Positions 21,559 to 32,395 of a DNA stretch of 64,000 bases are shown piece after piece (within the stretch, counting starts at the first letter, position 1; every line of letters begins with the position of its first letter). Where the stretch lies: IMG/VR virus record IMGVR_UViG_3300042351_000809; one strand, 5' to 3'. The DNA comes from a virus. The position numbers and the translations under genes are program-made. The notes below the pieces were generated by a model. It made no database searches, was not told the origin of the DNA, and saw nothing but the letters and a program-made list of their open reading frames with translations.

Positions 21559-22524
21559 TTAACCTATTTGAATTAACTGGTCTTGTGTTTTAGTAAGGAG
21601 ATCGCCTTTTTTATATGTTGGCCCTTCATTTGTGACTTCATAAGAAATCACTTTGCCCATGCGATCAGGTAGTTCTTTTATTTCTTTAATAATTCCTTCG
21701 CTGCCAAAATGATAACAGGCTCTATTAATGTTTCTTACCATTTTGCCAACCATAAACATTGGAGTCATATAGTTAGCTTCTGTTAGTTCTGGGCCTTCTC
21801 CAGCGTCTTCAGACTCATCTTCGGATTCATCTTCGGATTCGTTTTCAGATTCAGCGCCATCTTGTTTTAAAAAACCCCCTTTTGGATAAACTAAGTAAGT
21901 GTGGATAGCGTTTATATTATGTTCAGTTATAGCGATTTTATTTATGATCCAAGGCTCTGAAATTTCTAAAGCAATCTCTGGATCTGTTTGAATCTTTACA
22001 ATTAAATCTTGTAGTTTATCTACGCAAAGAGAGAATTGACCGACAGCCATTTCCGCAGCATCTTGGCTATGATACATCATCTCTTCGACATCATCTTCAA
22101 TGGGAATATCGTCAGCCTTAGAAAGATCTGGATAAATATTTAATAAATCTTCTTGATTCCAAAGAGTCTTTCCATCCCAATTATCTTGATAAACTTCAAT
22201 TGAAGCATTGGTATAGTCTGTTACTGACTTCTTGGCTTCCCACATCTTACAAGACCAATAATTAGCTTTCCATTTTGGACCGGGATTTTTATCGCAACCA
22301 TGTCTAGCTCTATAGCTCTTTCTGCGAGCAGGTTGGTCTCGCTTAATAGTCATATTTGGATCACCAAAATTAACTTTAACGACATTTCCTTTTTCGTTTT
22401 TTACATAAACAGAGAACTTCTTTGGGCCTTTAGGAGTTCTAAAAGGTTTGTTGAGAGTCTTCTTCTCTTTGTCTGCGGCGACAATCTTAAATGAGATATC
22501 TATTTCTAGTTCTTTGTTTTTCAT
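21559..22524 (-). CDS. Multidomain hypothetical protein with basic N-terminal conserved phage domain
   Basis: KKFSVYVKN...VNFGDPNM...RRKSYRARHGC...ANYWSC motif; acidic ESED repeats. Confidence 0.65.
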   Translation of the reverse strand: MKNKELEIDISFKIVAADKEKKTLNKPFRTPKGPKKFSVYVKNEKGNVVKVNFGDPNMTIKRDQPARRKSYRARHGCDKNPGPKWKANYWSCKMWEAKKSVTDYTNASIEVYQDNWDGKTLWNQEDLLNIYPDLSKADDIPIEDDVEEMMYHSQDAAEMAVGQFSLCVDKLQDLIVKIQTDPEIALEISEPWIINKIAITEHNINAIHTYLVYPKGGFLKQDGAESENESEDESEDESEDAGEGPELTEANYMTPMFMVGKMVRNINRACYHFGSEGIIKEIKELPDRMGKVISYEVTNEGPTYKKGDLLTKTQDQLIQIG

Positions 22525-22525
22525 A

Positions 22526-23095
22526 TTAAATATATTCCAACCAGTTTGCTTTTTCTTGTTCTGTGTCTAAGTATAAATCATTCTCATCTTCAAAATCATA
22601 ATCAAGATTATAATCTTGAATATCAGTATCTGCTTGAGAAAAATCACTATCATTTGGCTCCCAAGAATCAGAGATATCAATCTCTGAAGCTCTAGCTACA
22701 TCGCTATCAGCTTTGCGATAAGAATCTTTAACTGGTTTACCAGCCATCATTCTTAGGAATGTATTCACACGGGCCATTGCCCATTGTCCTCTAGTTTTTC
22801 CGGGTCTATGGCTTGAACTAAAAGCACCGGCACCTCTACGATAAACTTTTTTTAATTGAGAAAGGGAGACTTTTTTAGAGTACTTGCTGTTATGCTCTTT
22901 AACTTTAGCTTTTAAAGCTTCTACTACTTTAGCAGAAAACTCTATTGCCTTATCGCTTTTTGTCCCTGCGCTACCGGCAGGATTTTTGCTAGAACCTTTG
23001 CGCCTTTCAGAGGGTTTCGAAGGGGTCTGAGCAGAGCTTTTAGGCCCAGACCTCTTTGATTCTAAAATTTCAATTTCTAAACCCTGTAGATTCAT
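22526..23095 (-). CDS. Conserved viral basic protein (DUF5824-like)
   Basis: LKKVYRRGAGAF..SHRPG....QWAMARVNTFL motif. Confidence 0.55.
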   Translation of the reverse strand: MNLQGLEIEILESKRSGPKSSAQTPSKPSERRKGSSKNPAGSAGTKSDKAIEFSAKVVEALKAKVKEHNSKYSKKVSLSQLKKVYRRGAGAFSSSHRPGKTRGQWAMARVNTFLRMMAGKPVKDSYRKADSDVARASEIDISDSWEPNDSDFSQADTDIQDYNLDYDFEDENDLYLDTEQEKANWLEYI

Positions 23096-23142
23096 ATTTT
23101 GTAGCTTATTATTTATACACTAAAATTTAACGATTAAGGAAA

Positions 23143-24417
23143 TTATAATGGACCATTGGTATTAAAATTCGTGTAGCTTAATCCTTTCAATAGTCCGCTC
23201 ATAAACAAACCATTAGAATGAGGGTAAGAATTTAAATCCATATCACAATAAAAACTAAAATCTAAAACAGCATTTGCGCCGATTGAAGAGTCATAAGATA
23301 AGTCTTTGAATTTTGCGCCTCTGATATCATATCTAATAATCGTATCAGAACTCTTATTCATCTTAATAACAATATCGTATTTAGAATTGGATCTTATATC
23401 TGATAATAAATCTCCTGAATAGTTTAAATTCCTATAAATAGTAGAAAAAGATCCTTCAACAGTAATTGGAGTGTTTATTTGTCTATCTACGGGATAGACA
23501 TAGCCTAATGTTTTTAAAGGTTCTCTTTCTAGCGGAACACTAAAGTTGAAACTTTGTATTGCGGCGTCTTGAACTATTCTATTAGACTTAGTTTTAGAAA
23601 CAGAATTTATGTCATATATATCAATAACAATCTCACCGGGAAGCAAAACAGAAATAGCATTTCCAGTTTCTTCTACTAATGAATTGTAGTTTGGAATGTT
23701 GAAACGAACTCCAGTATTTAGTGAGCCGCTCTTTGGATTTAAATAAGGAGATACTGCGTTTATTCCAGAAGAATAATACATTACATTATCAGCCGTATAA
23801 TTAACGGTAGCTTTAGGAAAATCATTTACTTGAGCCTGAACTCCATAAGAAGTTATGTAGCAATTACCAAAAGCCAAGACTGGAAACCCAGAAATATTGT
23901 TTCCTATTGCGTCTGTATTATTTGGAGTGATAGTTAAGAATAAATTGCGCTGGTCTCTGTATTTAAATGGATACTTGAATGTATTGTTAGTGGCTTGAGT
24001 CAAGTCTGTATTAAAAGCGTAACTTTGATCTCCAAAAGAAAATCCAGAAAGGATATTGCCACTAGGATAAACTTGACCGCCATCAAATTGATCTAAGTTT
24101 GGAGGCCCAAGATCAACATAGAAACCCATGCGAGCTTCATTTCTTAAATCTTTTATGTTATAATTAAAACTAATACTGACATCAGGAGGAGTTAAGATAT
24201 AATCATAAATTGCAGAAGCATTTCCAATCTCTGAGAATCTTAATGGCTGAGTATTGATTTGATAGCTGAATTGATTTATTCTTTTAAGAGGCTGAATTAA
24301 ATTATAAACTCCAGTATTGAATAAGTTACCATTTGGATCAGAAAAAAAGTAGCCACTCGCTGGAGCAGGTCCAACGAATAGCAATTCGTTATTATATATT
24401 ACTCTATTTGTAGCCAT
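23143..24417 (-). CDS. Tail tube-like structural protein (putative)
   Basis: 424 aa, beta-rich, QSFNFSVPLEREPL..LG pattern; next to portal. Confidence 0.5.
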   Translation of the reverse strand: MATNRVIYNNELLFVGPAPASGYFFSDPNGNLFNTGVYNLIQPLKRINQFSYQINTQPLRFSEIGNASAIYDYILTPPDVSISFNYNIKDLRNEARMGFYVDLGPPNLDQFDGGQVYPSGNILSGFSFGDQSYAFNTDLTQATNNTFKYPFKYRDQRNLFLTITPNNTDAIGNNISGFPVLAFGNCYITSYGVQAQVNDFPKATVNYTADNVMYYSSGINAVSPYLNPKSGSLNTGVRFNIPNYNSLVEETGNAISVLLPGEIVIDIYDINSVSKTKSNRIVQDAAIQSFNFSVPLEREPLKTLGYVYPVDRQINTPITVEGSFSTIYRNLNYSGDLLSDIRSNSKYDIVIKMNKSSDTIIRYDIRGAKFKDLSYDSSIGANAVLDFSFYCDMDLNSYPHSNGLFMSGLLKGLSYTNFNTNGPL

Positions 24418-26303
24418 TATATTTTGCTATGGTAAAGCAAACTAGCCATGTAAGAATCGACTTGATGCTCACAAGCTATTTCGTGAATTTCTTCAATTCT
24501 TTGTGGATTTTTGTCAACAGGAGTTTCGATATACTCACTTATTTTAGAAGCCCAATTAGACTTGTCTTCATTAGCGACAATAATCTTAGTAATATCAAGA
24601 GCGACTTCTTTTTGTTTATCGTTTAGTTTTTTAAGCTTGTGTTTTTTCTTTAGAGAATTTTCTACTTCTTCTCCTAGTTTGTTTGTAGCTTCTACAATGT
24701 TTTTTAATTTCATAACACTGTAATTAGCCTTGGAAGAGGTGCCAATTGGTTTAACGTTTTTGGTAGTTTGTTTAATTCCAGTGGTTCCTCCGGGTCTACC
24801 TGCTTCTACTTTAGGACCACCAATTAGAGGCTGATAAAATCCTTTGTCTTTTAAATCAACAAATGATGTTTGAGATTGCACAGACTCATCTGGCGTTGGC
24901 AGAACGCCTGTTTCAATTGCTTTGAGACCTTCTTCTGGAGTAAGAACGCCAAGCTCAATAAGACGAGTATAAATTCTATTAAGATTTTGATCTGTCTTAA
25001 GATCCATATCTTCAAAGAAAGGAGTGGGAAATACTTTAAATCCGATCTCTTTAGAAATTCTCTTAACTTCAGGAAGTAGAAAGTCAGTTACGAAAGCTTG
25101 TCTAGCCTGTAGTAATTTTTGACTCAATAAGGAAATCTTTGCACTAGTATTTGCAAACTTTTCATTTCCTGTTAGAATATTATTTAATCCGATATTGATA
25201 TCCTTATCAATTACTTCATACTTTTTAGGGTCAAGAATGTCAGCAATTTGAGGAATAACAAACTCCGCTTTTGTTGTATAATCTGCAATTAAAACTCTGC
25301 CAATCGATTGATTAGCGAAGAGATTCTGCATCGTTTTTAAGTTTTCTTGGTTAACGCCACCCTTATCAGGTTCAGCACCCATCGTTACAAGCAAGATGAC
25401 TTGCTGGATCGTCCTTGTAAGAGCCATATCCATACGGCGCATTTCAATTTTCGCACTAATGTCTTCAAGAACTGGGAAACCCATTGGTACAGCAAAAGGT
25501 TCATAGTCTTGCTTCTTGTAAAATACAGCATAAAACTTCTTAGTATCTAAATGTAAGAGAACCGCTGTAGCTTTTCCTTTTAAAACTTGCTCTTTTACTA
25601 ATGGATCAAGAGAGTCTAATATTTCTTTGTCTTCTTCTGTTCTTGGATTTCTAATTTGCTCAAGTTCGTAATCAGTCAATACTTTATAGTACTGTCCTCT
25701 ATTGAAAGAAAGGTTGCCATTTACTTGAACATCTGCTGGATTAATAATTATATATCTAGCAGGTAAAGAAACTTTTGCCGCCAAAGCTTCAGATCCAAAA
25801 ACTTGGCTAATTTTAGAGATATCTTCTTCTCTTATGTTAGTGTCGTATCTGTAAATAAAAACATTTCCAGAACGATAATACTCTCTAAAGAATTTATCTT
25901 GCAGAGCCGTAATATTTATCTTGTTAAATAAAGCTTGAAAGAAATCTCTTGCGCTTTTATTGCCGCCTTTAAGATGTATATTGCCACAAGACAATTCTGA
26001 CATTAGATCAATTGTGTTTCTAAAAAGGCCAAAATTATAATAAGCTTTTTGGCATAAGATTACAGTATCTCTTACGTCAATATTGGACTTATTATAATTA
26101 TACCCAGTGGCATAATTAAATGGCACCATTCCATCATCAATATTGCGAAAACGATCCGTTCTCTCAATCGTTGATGCGGCATTTCTACGGCTTCTTGTCT
26201 CGGTAACTCTGCTTGCTACGCCGCCATGAGCAGGAGTAGAGCCTTCTACCATCATTGGAGCGAAAGAAGATTCCTCAAATTTTTCTTTTTTAACCTTTGC
26301 CAT
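24417..26303 (-). CDS. Portal protein
   Basis: 628 aa immediately downstream of large terminase; size and helical pattern fit a portal. Confidence 0.75.
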   Translation of the reverse strand: MAKVKKEKFEESSFAPMMVEGSTPAHGGVASRVTETRSRRNAASTIERTDRFRNIDDGMVPFNYATGYNYNKSNIDVRDTVILCQKAYYNFGLFRNTIDLMSELSCGNIHLKGGNKSARDFFQALFNKINITALQDKFFREYYRSGNVFIYRYDTNIREEDISKISQVFGSEALAAKVSLPARYIIINPADVQVNGNLSFNRGQYYKVLTDYELEQIRNPRTEEDKEILDSLDPLVKEQVLKGKATAVLLHLDTKKFYAVFYKKQDYEPFAVPMGFPVLEDISAKIEMRRMDMALTRTIQQVILLVTMGAEPDKGGVNQENLKTMQNLFANQSIGRVLIADYTTKAEFVIPQIADILDPKKYEVIDKDINIGLNNILTGNEKFANTSAKISLLSQKLLQARQAFVTDFLLPEVKRISKEIGFKVFPTPFFEDMDLKTDQNLNRIYTRLIELGVLTPEEGLKAIETGVLPTPDESVQSQTSFVDLKDKGFYQPLIGGPKVEAGRPGGTTGIKQTTKNVKPIGTSSKANYSVMKLKNIVEATNKLGEEVENSLKKKHKLKKLNDKQKEVALDITKIIVANEDKSNWASKISEYIETPVDKNPQRIEEIHEIACEHQVDSYMASLLYHSKI

Positions 26304-26327
26304 AAGCCTAATAATTAATTACACATT

Positions 26328-28169
26328 TTAAATTAAAATTGGTGTAAATCCCGCAGCTACTATTTTATTTTCAGTAGTCATGATATCATTATAGCATTTA
26401 GAACCCCATTTCGCTAACATTAAAGCCGTGTAATTATCTTTTCTTGCTCTATTAGGGGAATTGGAGCGTTTTAAGTGTTGAGGCAAATCGAAATTAACAG
26501 ATCCACGACTACTAGTAGTAAATTCTACAAGTGAGCATTGCTTTTTAGTGTTGTAAACTAATAAATCTTGATGCTCTATAAGGTCTAGCTTATTCCAATC
26601 TTTAATGTCTTCTATAAATATAAGGTCTTCAGGTATTCTCTTGTTTATTTCTTCATTAAAGAAAGATTCATTGGCTACAGTTTTGGATGCGAACCAAATT
26701 TTCTTATAGTCAATAGCTGCTTGCAGATTTTCGTTACCTCTTCGAATAAATGTAGTTGTAAATACCTGAGTTACTGCTATTTGTTTATTTTCTAAGTTGT
26801 ATTGACTCTTGGCTTTCTGAACCATCTTTGTATATTCAATTCCCTCAAGATCAGAATCGAAGTTAATAAACTTTATCTTCTCAGATTCCGAGTTTACATA
26901 TTGAGATTCATTATAAGTGTCAAAGAAAATATCGGCACCGGCATTATCGCAAATGATATAAACAATATTAAAGCTAGTCATTAAGTAATGAAAGTATTTA
27001 ATATGACTATTTAAGCTTCCAAGACCCGCGTATGCATGAACAAGAACATCATTCTTATTTTCTCGGTCTATTTCTAAAATTGCCATTGCAAAATAGTCAG
27101 CATTTGGACTGTCGCTCATGTTAGGGTCCATTGCTAAGATATATTGCTTGCCAGAATCTCCTCTGATTTGAGAATGCGGCCTTTCTTCAAACTTAAGAGT
27201 ACATTCTTCCATCTTCTTCATGCTGAAATAAGAATCGCTACCGTCAGTAAACTGAGCGCAGTATTCTCTCAAGAAAGAAGCATGAGAAGAGCCACCGTTT
27301 TGAGCTTCTTCTGTAATAGAAGAGTCAATCATCTCTGGTGGCAAAGATTCATAGCTTAATTGTGATACAAAGTAAGTCGCACTTGTTGGTTCTTTAGAAT
27401 AAATGTTGTCACACCATTCTTTATAAGTTTTATAAAGGTTTTCAAAAGTATAAGAAGCAGAGGAAAGGGCAATCATCTTGGAAGTATTTTTAAATTCCAT
27501 GCGGTCAGCTTCTGTCATTGCGCCTTGGCGAATTAATTCATCTTCTTGTTCACGAATGCTAATACGTTCTTTAATGTCTTGAGGGACAATCAAGAATGGC
27601 ATTAATACATTTTTAATTATGTCTTCTGGCAACAATAAAAACTCGTCTAGTACAAGAACATTAGCACGGAAACCACGAATCTTTTCGCCACTTAGAGGAA
27701 TAGCTTTAATAGAGCCTTCGTTTATTGACCAATCATATTCGTCATTGCGTTTTGATTTTGCACCAAATGCTTGCATCAATAAGTCTGCACCTTTAGACTC
27801 AGTAATTTTTTCTATTGAATTAAAAATGCTTCTTGCTGTTCTGAATGTAGGACCAGCAATTAGAATTTTACTCTTAGGCTCAAAGATACATTGTAAAAAA
27901 CAAAATACCGCAGCAGAGAAAGATTTGGATGCACCACGACCCCATACGTTCATGCAGAAATTGCGGTTCAACATTCCTTTGATTACGATCTCTTGATAAG
28001 GCCATAATTTTATACCAGAAATTAGCTCTGTAGTTATGCCTATATTTGAACGCAAAAATTTAGCCAAAGTTATTTTGGCTTCTTTGTCTTCAAGAGTGTC
28101 TTTTAATTTAGAATATTCATCATTTAAGTTAGGAATTATTCTATTATACTTTTCTGGGGTATACCACAT
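26328..28169 (-). CDS. terL: Terminase large subunit
   Basis: LWPYQ Q-motif, Walker A GRGASKS, IRGFRANVLVLDE Walker B, FLREYCAQF, RNase H-like AMDP and KDNYTAL. Confidence 0.9.
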   Translation of the reverse strand: MWYTPEKYNRIIPNLNDEYSKLKDTLEDKEAKITLAKFLRSNIGITTELISGIKLWPYQEIVIKGMLNRNFCMNVWGRGASKSFSAAVFCFLQCIFEPKSKILIAGPTFRTARSIFNSIEKITESKGADLLMQAFGAKSKRNDEYDWSINEGSIKAIPLSGEKIRGFRANVLVLDEFLLLPEDIIKNVLMPFLIVPQDIKERISIREQEDELIRQGAMTEADRMEFKNTSKMIALSSASYTFENLYKTYKEWCDNIYSKEPTSATYFVSQLSYESLPPEMIDSSITEEAQNGGSSHASFLREYCAQFTDGSDSYFSMKKMEECTLKFEERPHSQIRGDSGKQYILAMDPNMSDSPNADYFAMAILEIDRENKNDVLVHAYAGLGSLNSHIKYFHYLMTSFNIVYIICDNAGADIFFDTYNESQYVNSESEKIKFINFDSDLEGIEYTKMVQKAKSQYNLENKQIAVTQVFTTTFIRRGNENLQAAIDYKKIWFASKTVANESFFNEEINKRIPEDLIFIEDIKDWNKLDLIEHQDLLVYNTKKQCSLVEFTTSSRGSVNFDLPQHLKRSNSPNRARKDNYTALMLAKWGSKCYNDIMTTENKIVAAGFTPILI

Positions 28170-28170
28170 A

Positions 28171-29109
28171 TTATAACATCTTTAGATCGTAGCAAAGTTG
28201 TAGATCGTATTTAAAAAAGTTCTCATCAGTTGAGAACATCTTCTCAATAATTCTGACAGATTCCTTGCGTCCCTTTGCAAATAGGAATTGAACGTGTGGA
28301 TATTTTTGTATTAGCTCTCTAACGTTGTGAAAAATGAACTCAGGATTTACCTTCGTTGCTTTCTTATACACATGAGGTAAATAGTTAAATGAGAGTGTAT
28401 TGTTTAAGCTTTCCTCAACGATAATAACCATGTTAGCTTTTGCTTCGCTGGCTTTTTCAATCTCTCGACAGAATCTTTCATACCCAGCACTCAAAGTTCC
28501 TATAAAATCAGAGATAGACTTTCTCTCAAAGTAAAGTTTGCCATCATAACTTGGATGGCTAAATCCATAATCACCAAATTTAAGAGTGCGAACTTCAGAA
28601 GCCATATTAAATATAAATGGTTTCTGTTCGCGGGTATCGATATAAATTATTGAGTCTTTGGTTTGTAGCTTGGGAAGATTCTCCAAGCTCTTTGGATATA
28701 CATATTTATTTTTAAATCCAATTTCTTCAGCGAGTTTATAGTAGTCACCAAAAATTTCTTGCAAATAAATAACACTTGGACTTAAAACGCTCCTTAACTC
28801 AACTTGAGAAGGAGTATATTCTAGATTTTTCTTTTCTTTGCGTTTAACTAAAAAGTTTCTACAGTACTCTTGCTGTTTCTCTAGAGACTGAGCTTTGAGC
28901 CAGTTTTTAAGATTGTTTTTATTGTTAAAGTCAGTAGAGAAATACTGTTCTTTATTTTTATAATTGATAATAGAATTATCGAAGAGATCATAGCGAGGCA
29001 ATTGCTGTTGATAATATTCAATTACTCTTATTTTATGAGCTTTGAGATGGCGATTAAAATCTACATCAGCTTCATAAACTTTTTGACATATTTTGCAGGT
29101 CTCAGCCAT
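28171..29109 (-). CDS. ERCC4/XPF-family nuclease with N-terminal C2H2 zinc finger
   Basis: IDTREQ, GDY and ERKS..DF motifs; CxxC...H...H at N-terminus. Confidence 0.8.
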   Translation of the reverse strand: MAETCKICQKVYEADVDFNRHLKAHKIRVIEYYQQQLPRYDLFDNSIINYKNKEQYFSTDFNNKNNLKNWLKAQSLEKQQEYCRNFLVKRKEKKNLEYTPSQVELRSVLSPSVIYLQEIFGDYYKLAEEIGFKNKYVYPKSLENLPKLQTKDSIIYIDTREQKPFIFNMASEVRTLKFGDYGFSHPSYDGKLYFERKSISDFIGTLSAGYERFCREIEKASEAKANMVIIVEESLNNTLSFNYLPHVYKKATKVNPEFIFHNVRELIQKYPHVQFLFAKGRKESVRIIEKMFSTDENFFKYDLQLCYDLKML

Positions 29110-30220
29110 TTAGCACCTCGTCTTCTGAAATTCCCAAGATACGACATTTGATTTCGTCCATTGTAGAAAGCCTGTCGATCTCGTTTTTAACCATCGCTTT
29201 TCTTCTTTCGGCAAGCTTTAGTAGTTGAGCGCGGGACTCTTCTTCTTTCCACATCTGAACAAGATTAAGAATGCTGGCGTTTTCTTTTATTTGCTTGCTA
29301 AGGCGATCACTGCGCTTTACTTTGAGGTCATTTAGAAGCTTTTGTTGGCGAATAGTAGATTGATTATACTCATCTCTTGCTCCGCTAATTGCTTCAATAA
29401 GACCCATTGGAATTTTGCCGCCACCATCTACTTCTACATCAATCTGATCTTGTAAAGTTTGAATTGTTTCTTGAATATTAGCCGAGATTACTACTTCAGT
29501 AGCCAATACAATATATTGGTCTACTTCTTCTTGAGTGAGATCTGGCTTATCAAACGTATAACGGACAAATGAGCTTTCAAATAATTCACGATCAATGTTA
29601 GAAGTATAACTATTTATCTGATGCAAGAAACGATAAGTGTGCATGTAGCCAATAATAGCATTAATAGCAGCTTTCTGGCGTGAAGTTACTTTATCTTTAT
29701 CAATACCTTCGTGAACATATTTATTTATGCGAAACAACATCCGCTCAAATGTCTTTGGCGGCATATATTCAGAGTCAGAAAGGCTCTCTACTTCTCTCTG
29801 AGAAACTGGACCTGCTTGAATTACTTTCTGGTCAAGTGTTTTAATGAAATCAATAACAGTACGAGTCTCTTGACTGAGACTAGTAAGATTTTGATTATTA
29901 AAAATACTCTTAGTGATCTCAAGTGCGCCCATTGAACCAGCATTATTAGCAATAAATTCTCTTTGGTCTGGAGATAGTTCAATTTTATCTTTTGCTAAGT
30001 ATTCGTATGAAGCTCTTGCTTTAATTTGTCTTGTTGACAAGAACTCTTTGACTTTTTTACCGTGCCAACTTCTACCGTCTGCGCCATCAACGTTAGGAAA
30101 AGCAAGCCTGACAAGTTCAAGCAAAGAAGGAGGATTAGTAGGGCGATTGTTCCACTCATTTAAAATCGCCAATCTCTGTTGATCATTAAGTTCTTGAGGC
30201 TGGTTTCCATTTTCAGACAT
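29102..30220 (-). CDS. Hypothetical helical protein (possible small terminase/packaging factor)
   Basis: 372 aa with coiled-coil C-terminus, upstream of terL; function inferred from position only. Confidence 0.5.
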   Translation of the reverse strand: MSENGNQPQELNDQQRLAILNEWNNRPTNPPSLLELVRLAFPNVDGADGRSWHGKKVKEFLSTRQIKARASYEYLAKDKIELSPDQREFIANNAGSMGALEITKSIFNNQNLTSLSQETRTVIDFIKTLDQKVIQAGPVSQREVESLSDSEYMPPKTFERMLFRINKYVHEGIDKDKVTSRQKAAINAIIGYMHTYRFLHQINSYTSNIDRELFESSFVRYTFDKPDLTQEEVDQYIVLATEVVISANIQETIQTLQDQIDVEVDGGGKIPMGLIEAISGARDEYNQSTIRQQKLLNDLKVKRSDRLSKQIKENASILNLVQMWKEEESRAQLLKLAERRKAMVKNEIDRLSTMDEIKCRILGISEDEVLNG

Positions 30221-30905
30221 AAATTTCTACTTCTCCATTTACAATGCACTTCTTAGCTTTGACTATAATGGAACGTTTAAGATTCTTTATTTGCTTGTAA
30301 CCGGGGGAACGATTTTTTTCAGTAGTCTTAAAACCCAATACTTTTGCCACTTCTTCTTCTCTTTTATTTCTTAGACAAAGCATCTCGTAAACAACCCACT
30401 CTGCTGGCTTTAATACTTTCTTTAGTGCTGACGATAAACTCTGAGTGCTTCTCAAAAGGTCAAAGCCTTCGTTTGTCATGTCATGAACTTCTTTAATATG
30501 ATTTTCGAGAGGAAGAGTTACCTTTGTATTGAAAGCGTCTTTTTTATTATTCTCCCAATGAGCATATAAGGGGCATTTCTTGCACTGTTCACCATATATT
30601 GAACAAGAGTCATCCCATTCTGCCGCCGCACACTTCAAACAAGGTCTAGCATAATTGCCATAGTTGTTTCTTATGATGTTCTTTATTTGATTAGAAATGA
30701 TAATGTTTAGCCAAGGAGCAAGAGGCTTCTTTGGATCATATAAAGTCCATTTTTTGTAAATATGAATCCTTAGTATCTGCTCAACGTCCTCGAAATCAAT
30801 CCAAGACAATGCAGCAAGGTTCCACTTGTTCTTGCGTTTGCGAATTTCTTCGTCTATTATAGCAATGTTCTTTTCAAATGATTCTTTTTGGACTTTATGA
30901 GCCAT
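30213..30905 (-). CDS. Phage sigma70-family-like transcription factor with Cys-rich insertion
   Basis: Region-2-like DFEDVEQ...YDPKKPLAPWL..II.NQIKN and region-4-like HTH EEEVAKVLG. Confidence 0.65.
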   Translation of the reverse strand: MAHKVQKESFEKNIAIIDEEIRKRKNKWNLAALSWIDFEDVEQILRIHIYKKWTLYDPKKPLAPWLNIIISNQIKNIIRNNYGNYARPCLKCAAAEWDDSCSIYGEQCKKCPLYAHWENNKKDAFNTKVTLPLENHIKEVHDMTNEGFDLLRSTQSLSSALKKVLKPAEWVVYEMLCLRNKREEEVAKVLGFKTTEKNRSPGYKQIKNLKRSIIVKAKKCIVNGEVEIYV

Positions 30906-30906
30906 T

Positions 30907-31308
30907 TTATTTTTGCCTTAATGTACCGGCTTCTTGTTTAAATATTTTCATCATCTCTTTGCTAGAGATGCTTTGCCCTGTTCTCTCTACGCCTTGAAGA
31001 AATTGATCTGGAACAGTTCCAGCAATCTTAGAAAGAGATTCTTTTCTTGGCGCATCAAATTCAATATCAACATCTAGTCCTCCTGTTAACTCAGGAATAG
31101 GAGTTGACTCTTGCTCCTCTTCGCCTTCATCATCGTCTTGCTCATCGTACTCTTCCTGAGCGCGGACTTTATTTTCTTTTACCTTTTTATCTTGTGGTTT
31201 TTCTACGACAACGCCATAGAATGGATTAGCGCAAGCGGAACAAAATTTTGGTTTTGCTTGCGTGTATAAATTAGGACTTCCACATTTGGAGCAGTAAATT
31301 TTTTGCAT
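30907..31308 (-). CDS. Zinc-ribbon protein
   Basis: CSKCG...PKFCSACA; acidic middle. Confidence 0.65.
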   Translation of the reverse strand: MQKIYCSKCGSPNLYTQAKPKFCSACANPFYGVVVEKPQDKKVKENKVRAQEEYDEQDDDEGEEEQESTPIPELTGGLDVDIEFDAPRKESLSKIAGTVPDQFLQGVERTGQSISSKEMMKIFKQEAGTLRQK

Positions 31309-31366
31309 AATTCATTAATTTATTATAGTTTAGTAACAGTAAAAAAGCAAGTGTAATTGTAATAGA

Positions 31367-31642
31367 ATGAAGTATTCGTTTAAAAATTACGAAAAAGTTG
31401 AGTATTTCATCAATTGGGTTAAACCTCCTAGAGGGTGCTATGGCATATGCGACTCTCCAGAGATGGAAAACCCAAAGATTAAAATTGACCCAACTCTAAC
31501 CAAGCAAAAAACGATCAATATTCTAATACATGAAGTATTACACGCATTCTTCTGGCATGAGTCCGAAACAAAAGTGACTAAATGCGCTAATACTTTATCA
31601 AGACTTATTCATCAAAGGATGAAGCAAAAGTTTAATGAATAA
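31367..31642 (+). CDS. Small zincin-like metalloprotein (HExxH)
   Basis: ILIHEVLHAFF motif. Confidence 0.6.
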   Translation: MKYSFKNYEKVEYFINWVKPPRGCYGICDSPEMENPKIKIDPTLTKQKTINILIHEVLHAFFWHESETKVTKCANTLSRLIHQRMKQKFNE

Positions 31643-32354
31643 TTGATTTATATTTAGTAATCTTATCAACGATAAAGCGAGTAATTCCACTTCTCATAAT
31701 ATCTTCTGGTCCAAGTTTAAAATATTGAATACCATGATCTTTGCTATCTTGATCTTGGAAGATATCACAAAATTCTTTAAAGCCAGACTTCTTGCCTAAG
31801 TCATTTTGCATGATGGTATCACCGCAAATAAACAGTTTGCTAAACTTGCCCATACGGGTAGCAGCAGTTACAAGAGAATCGAACATCATGTTCTGACCTT
31901 CATCCAAAATAACGGAATTAACATTGAAGGTATAGCCGCGAAGTAGAGAAACAGGATATGTTTTAATCCTTTCTTGCTTATTTAGTAATTCGATGCTGGA
32001 CTTATTTAGTAATTCTTCCAGCTTATCAAATAGAGGTACATTATAGAAGAAGGTTTTTTCGTCTAGATCGCCAGTTAAGAAGCCAGTTTGACCATCTGTG
32101 CTTTGAATTAGAGATCGGATATATACAATATCGGATATCTTTTTAGCTTTTAGTAGCTCTAATGAGCAATAAACGCTCAATAGCGTTTTAGCTGTGCCGG
32201 GAAGCCCATCAAGAATAATAATATTAGTGCTTTTGTCTAAAGCAGCAGCAATAATTTCCTCTTGTTTTGGGGTCCATTTTAATTTACGAATTTCGAAATC
32301 GTCTTTTACCTTGTCTTTTTGCGCGACATGTGGGGAATTATCTTTTTTTGACAT
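31632..32354 (-). CDS. phoH: PhoH-family ATPase
   Basis: GLPGTAKT Walker A, GFLTGDL, LLRGYTF, ILDEGQN, TRMG, GD..QND. Confidence 0.9.
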   Translation of the reverse strand: MSKKDNSPHVAQKDKVKDDFEIRKLKWTPKQEEIIAAALDKSTNIIILDGLPGTAKTLLSVYCSLELLKAKKISDIVYIRSLIQSTDGQTGFLTGDLDEKTFFYNVPLFDKLEELLNKSSIELLNKQERIKTYPVSLLRGYTFNVNSVILDEGQNMMFDSLVTAATRMGKFSKLFICGDTIMQNDLGKKSGFKEFCDIFQDQDSKDHGIQYFKLGPEDIMRSGITRFIVDKITKYKSIIH

Positions 32355-32395
32355 TTTAATTAGCCTTATTATTTTAATTACATGTATTATATAGA

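Noticed and set aside
3761-27996. Short plus-strand ORFs inside tail, capsid, portal and terminase genes
   Set aside because: Antisense shadows of long minus-strand genes.
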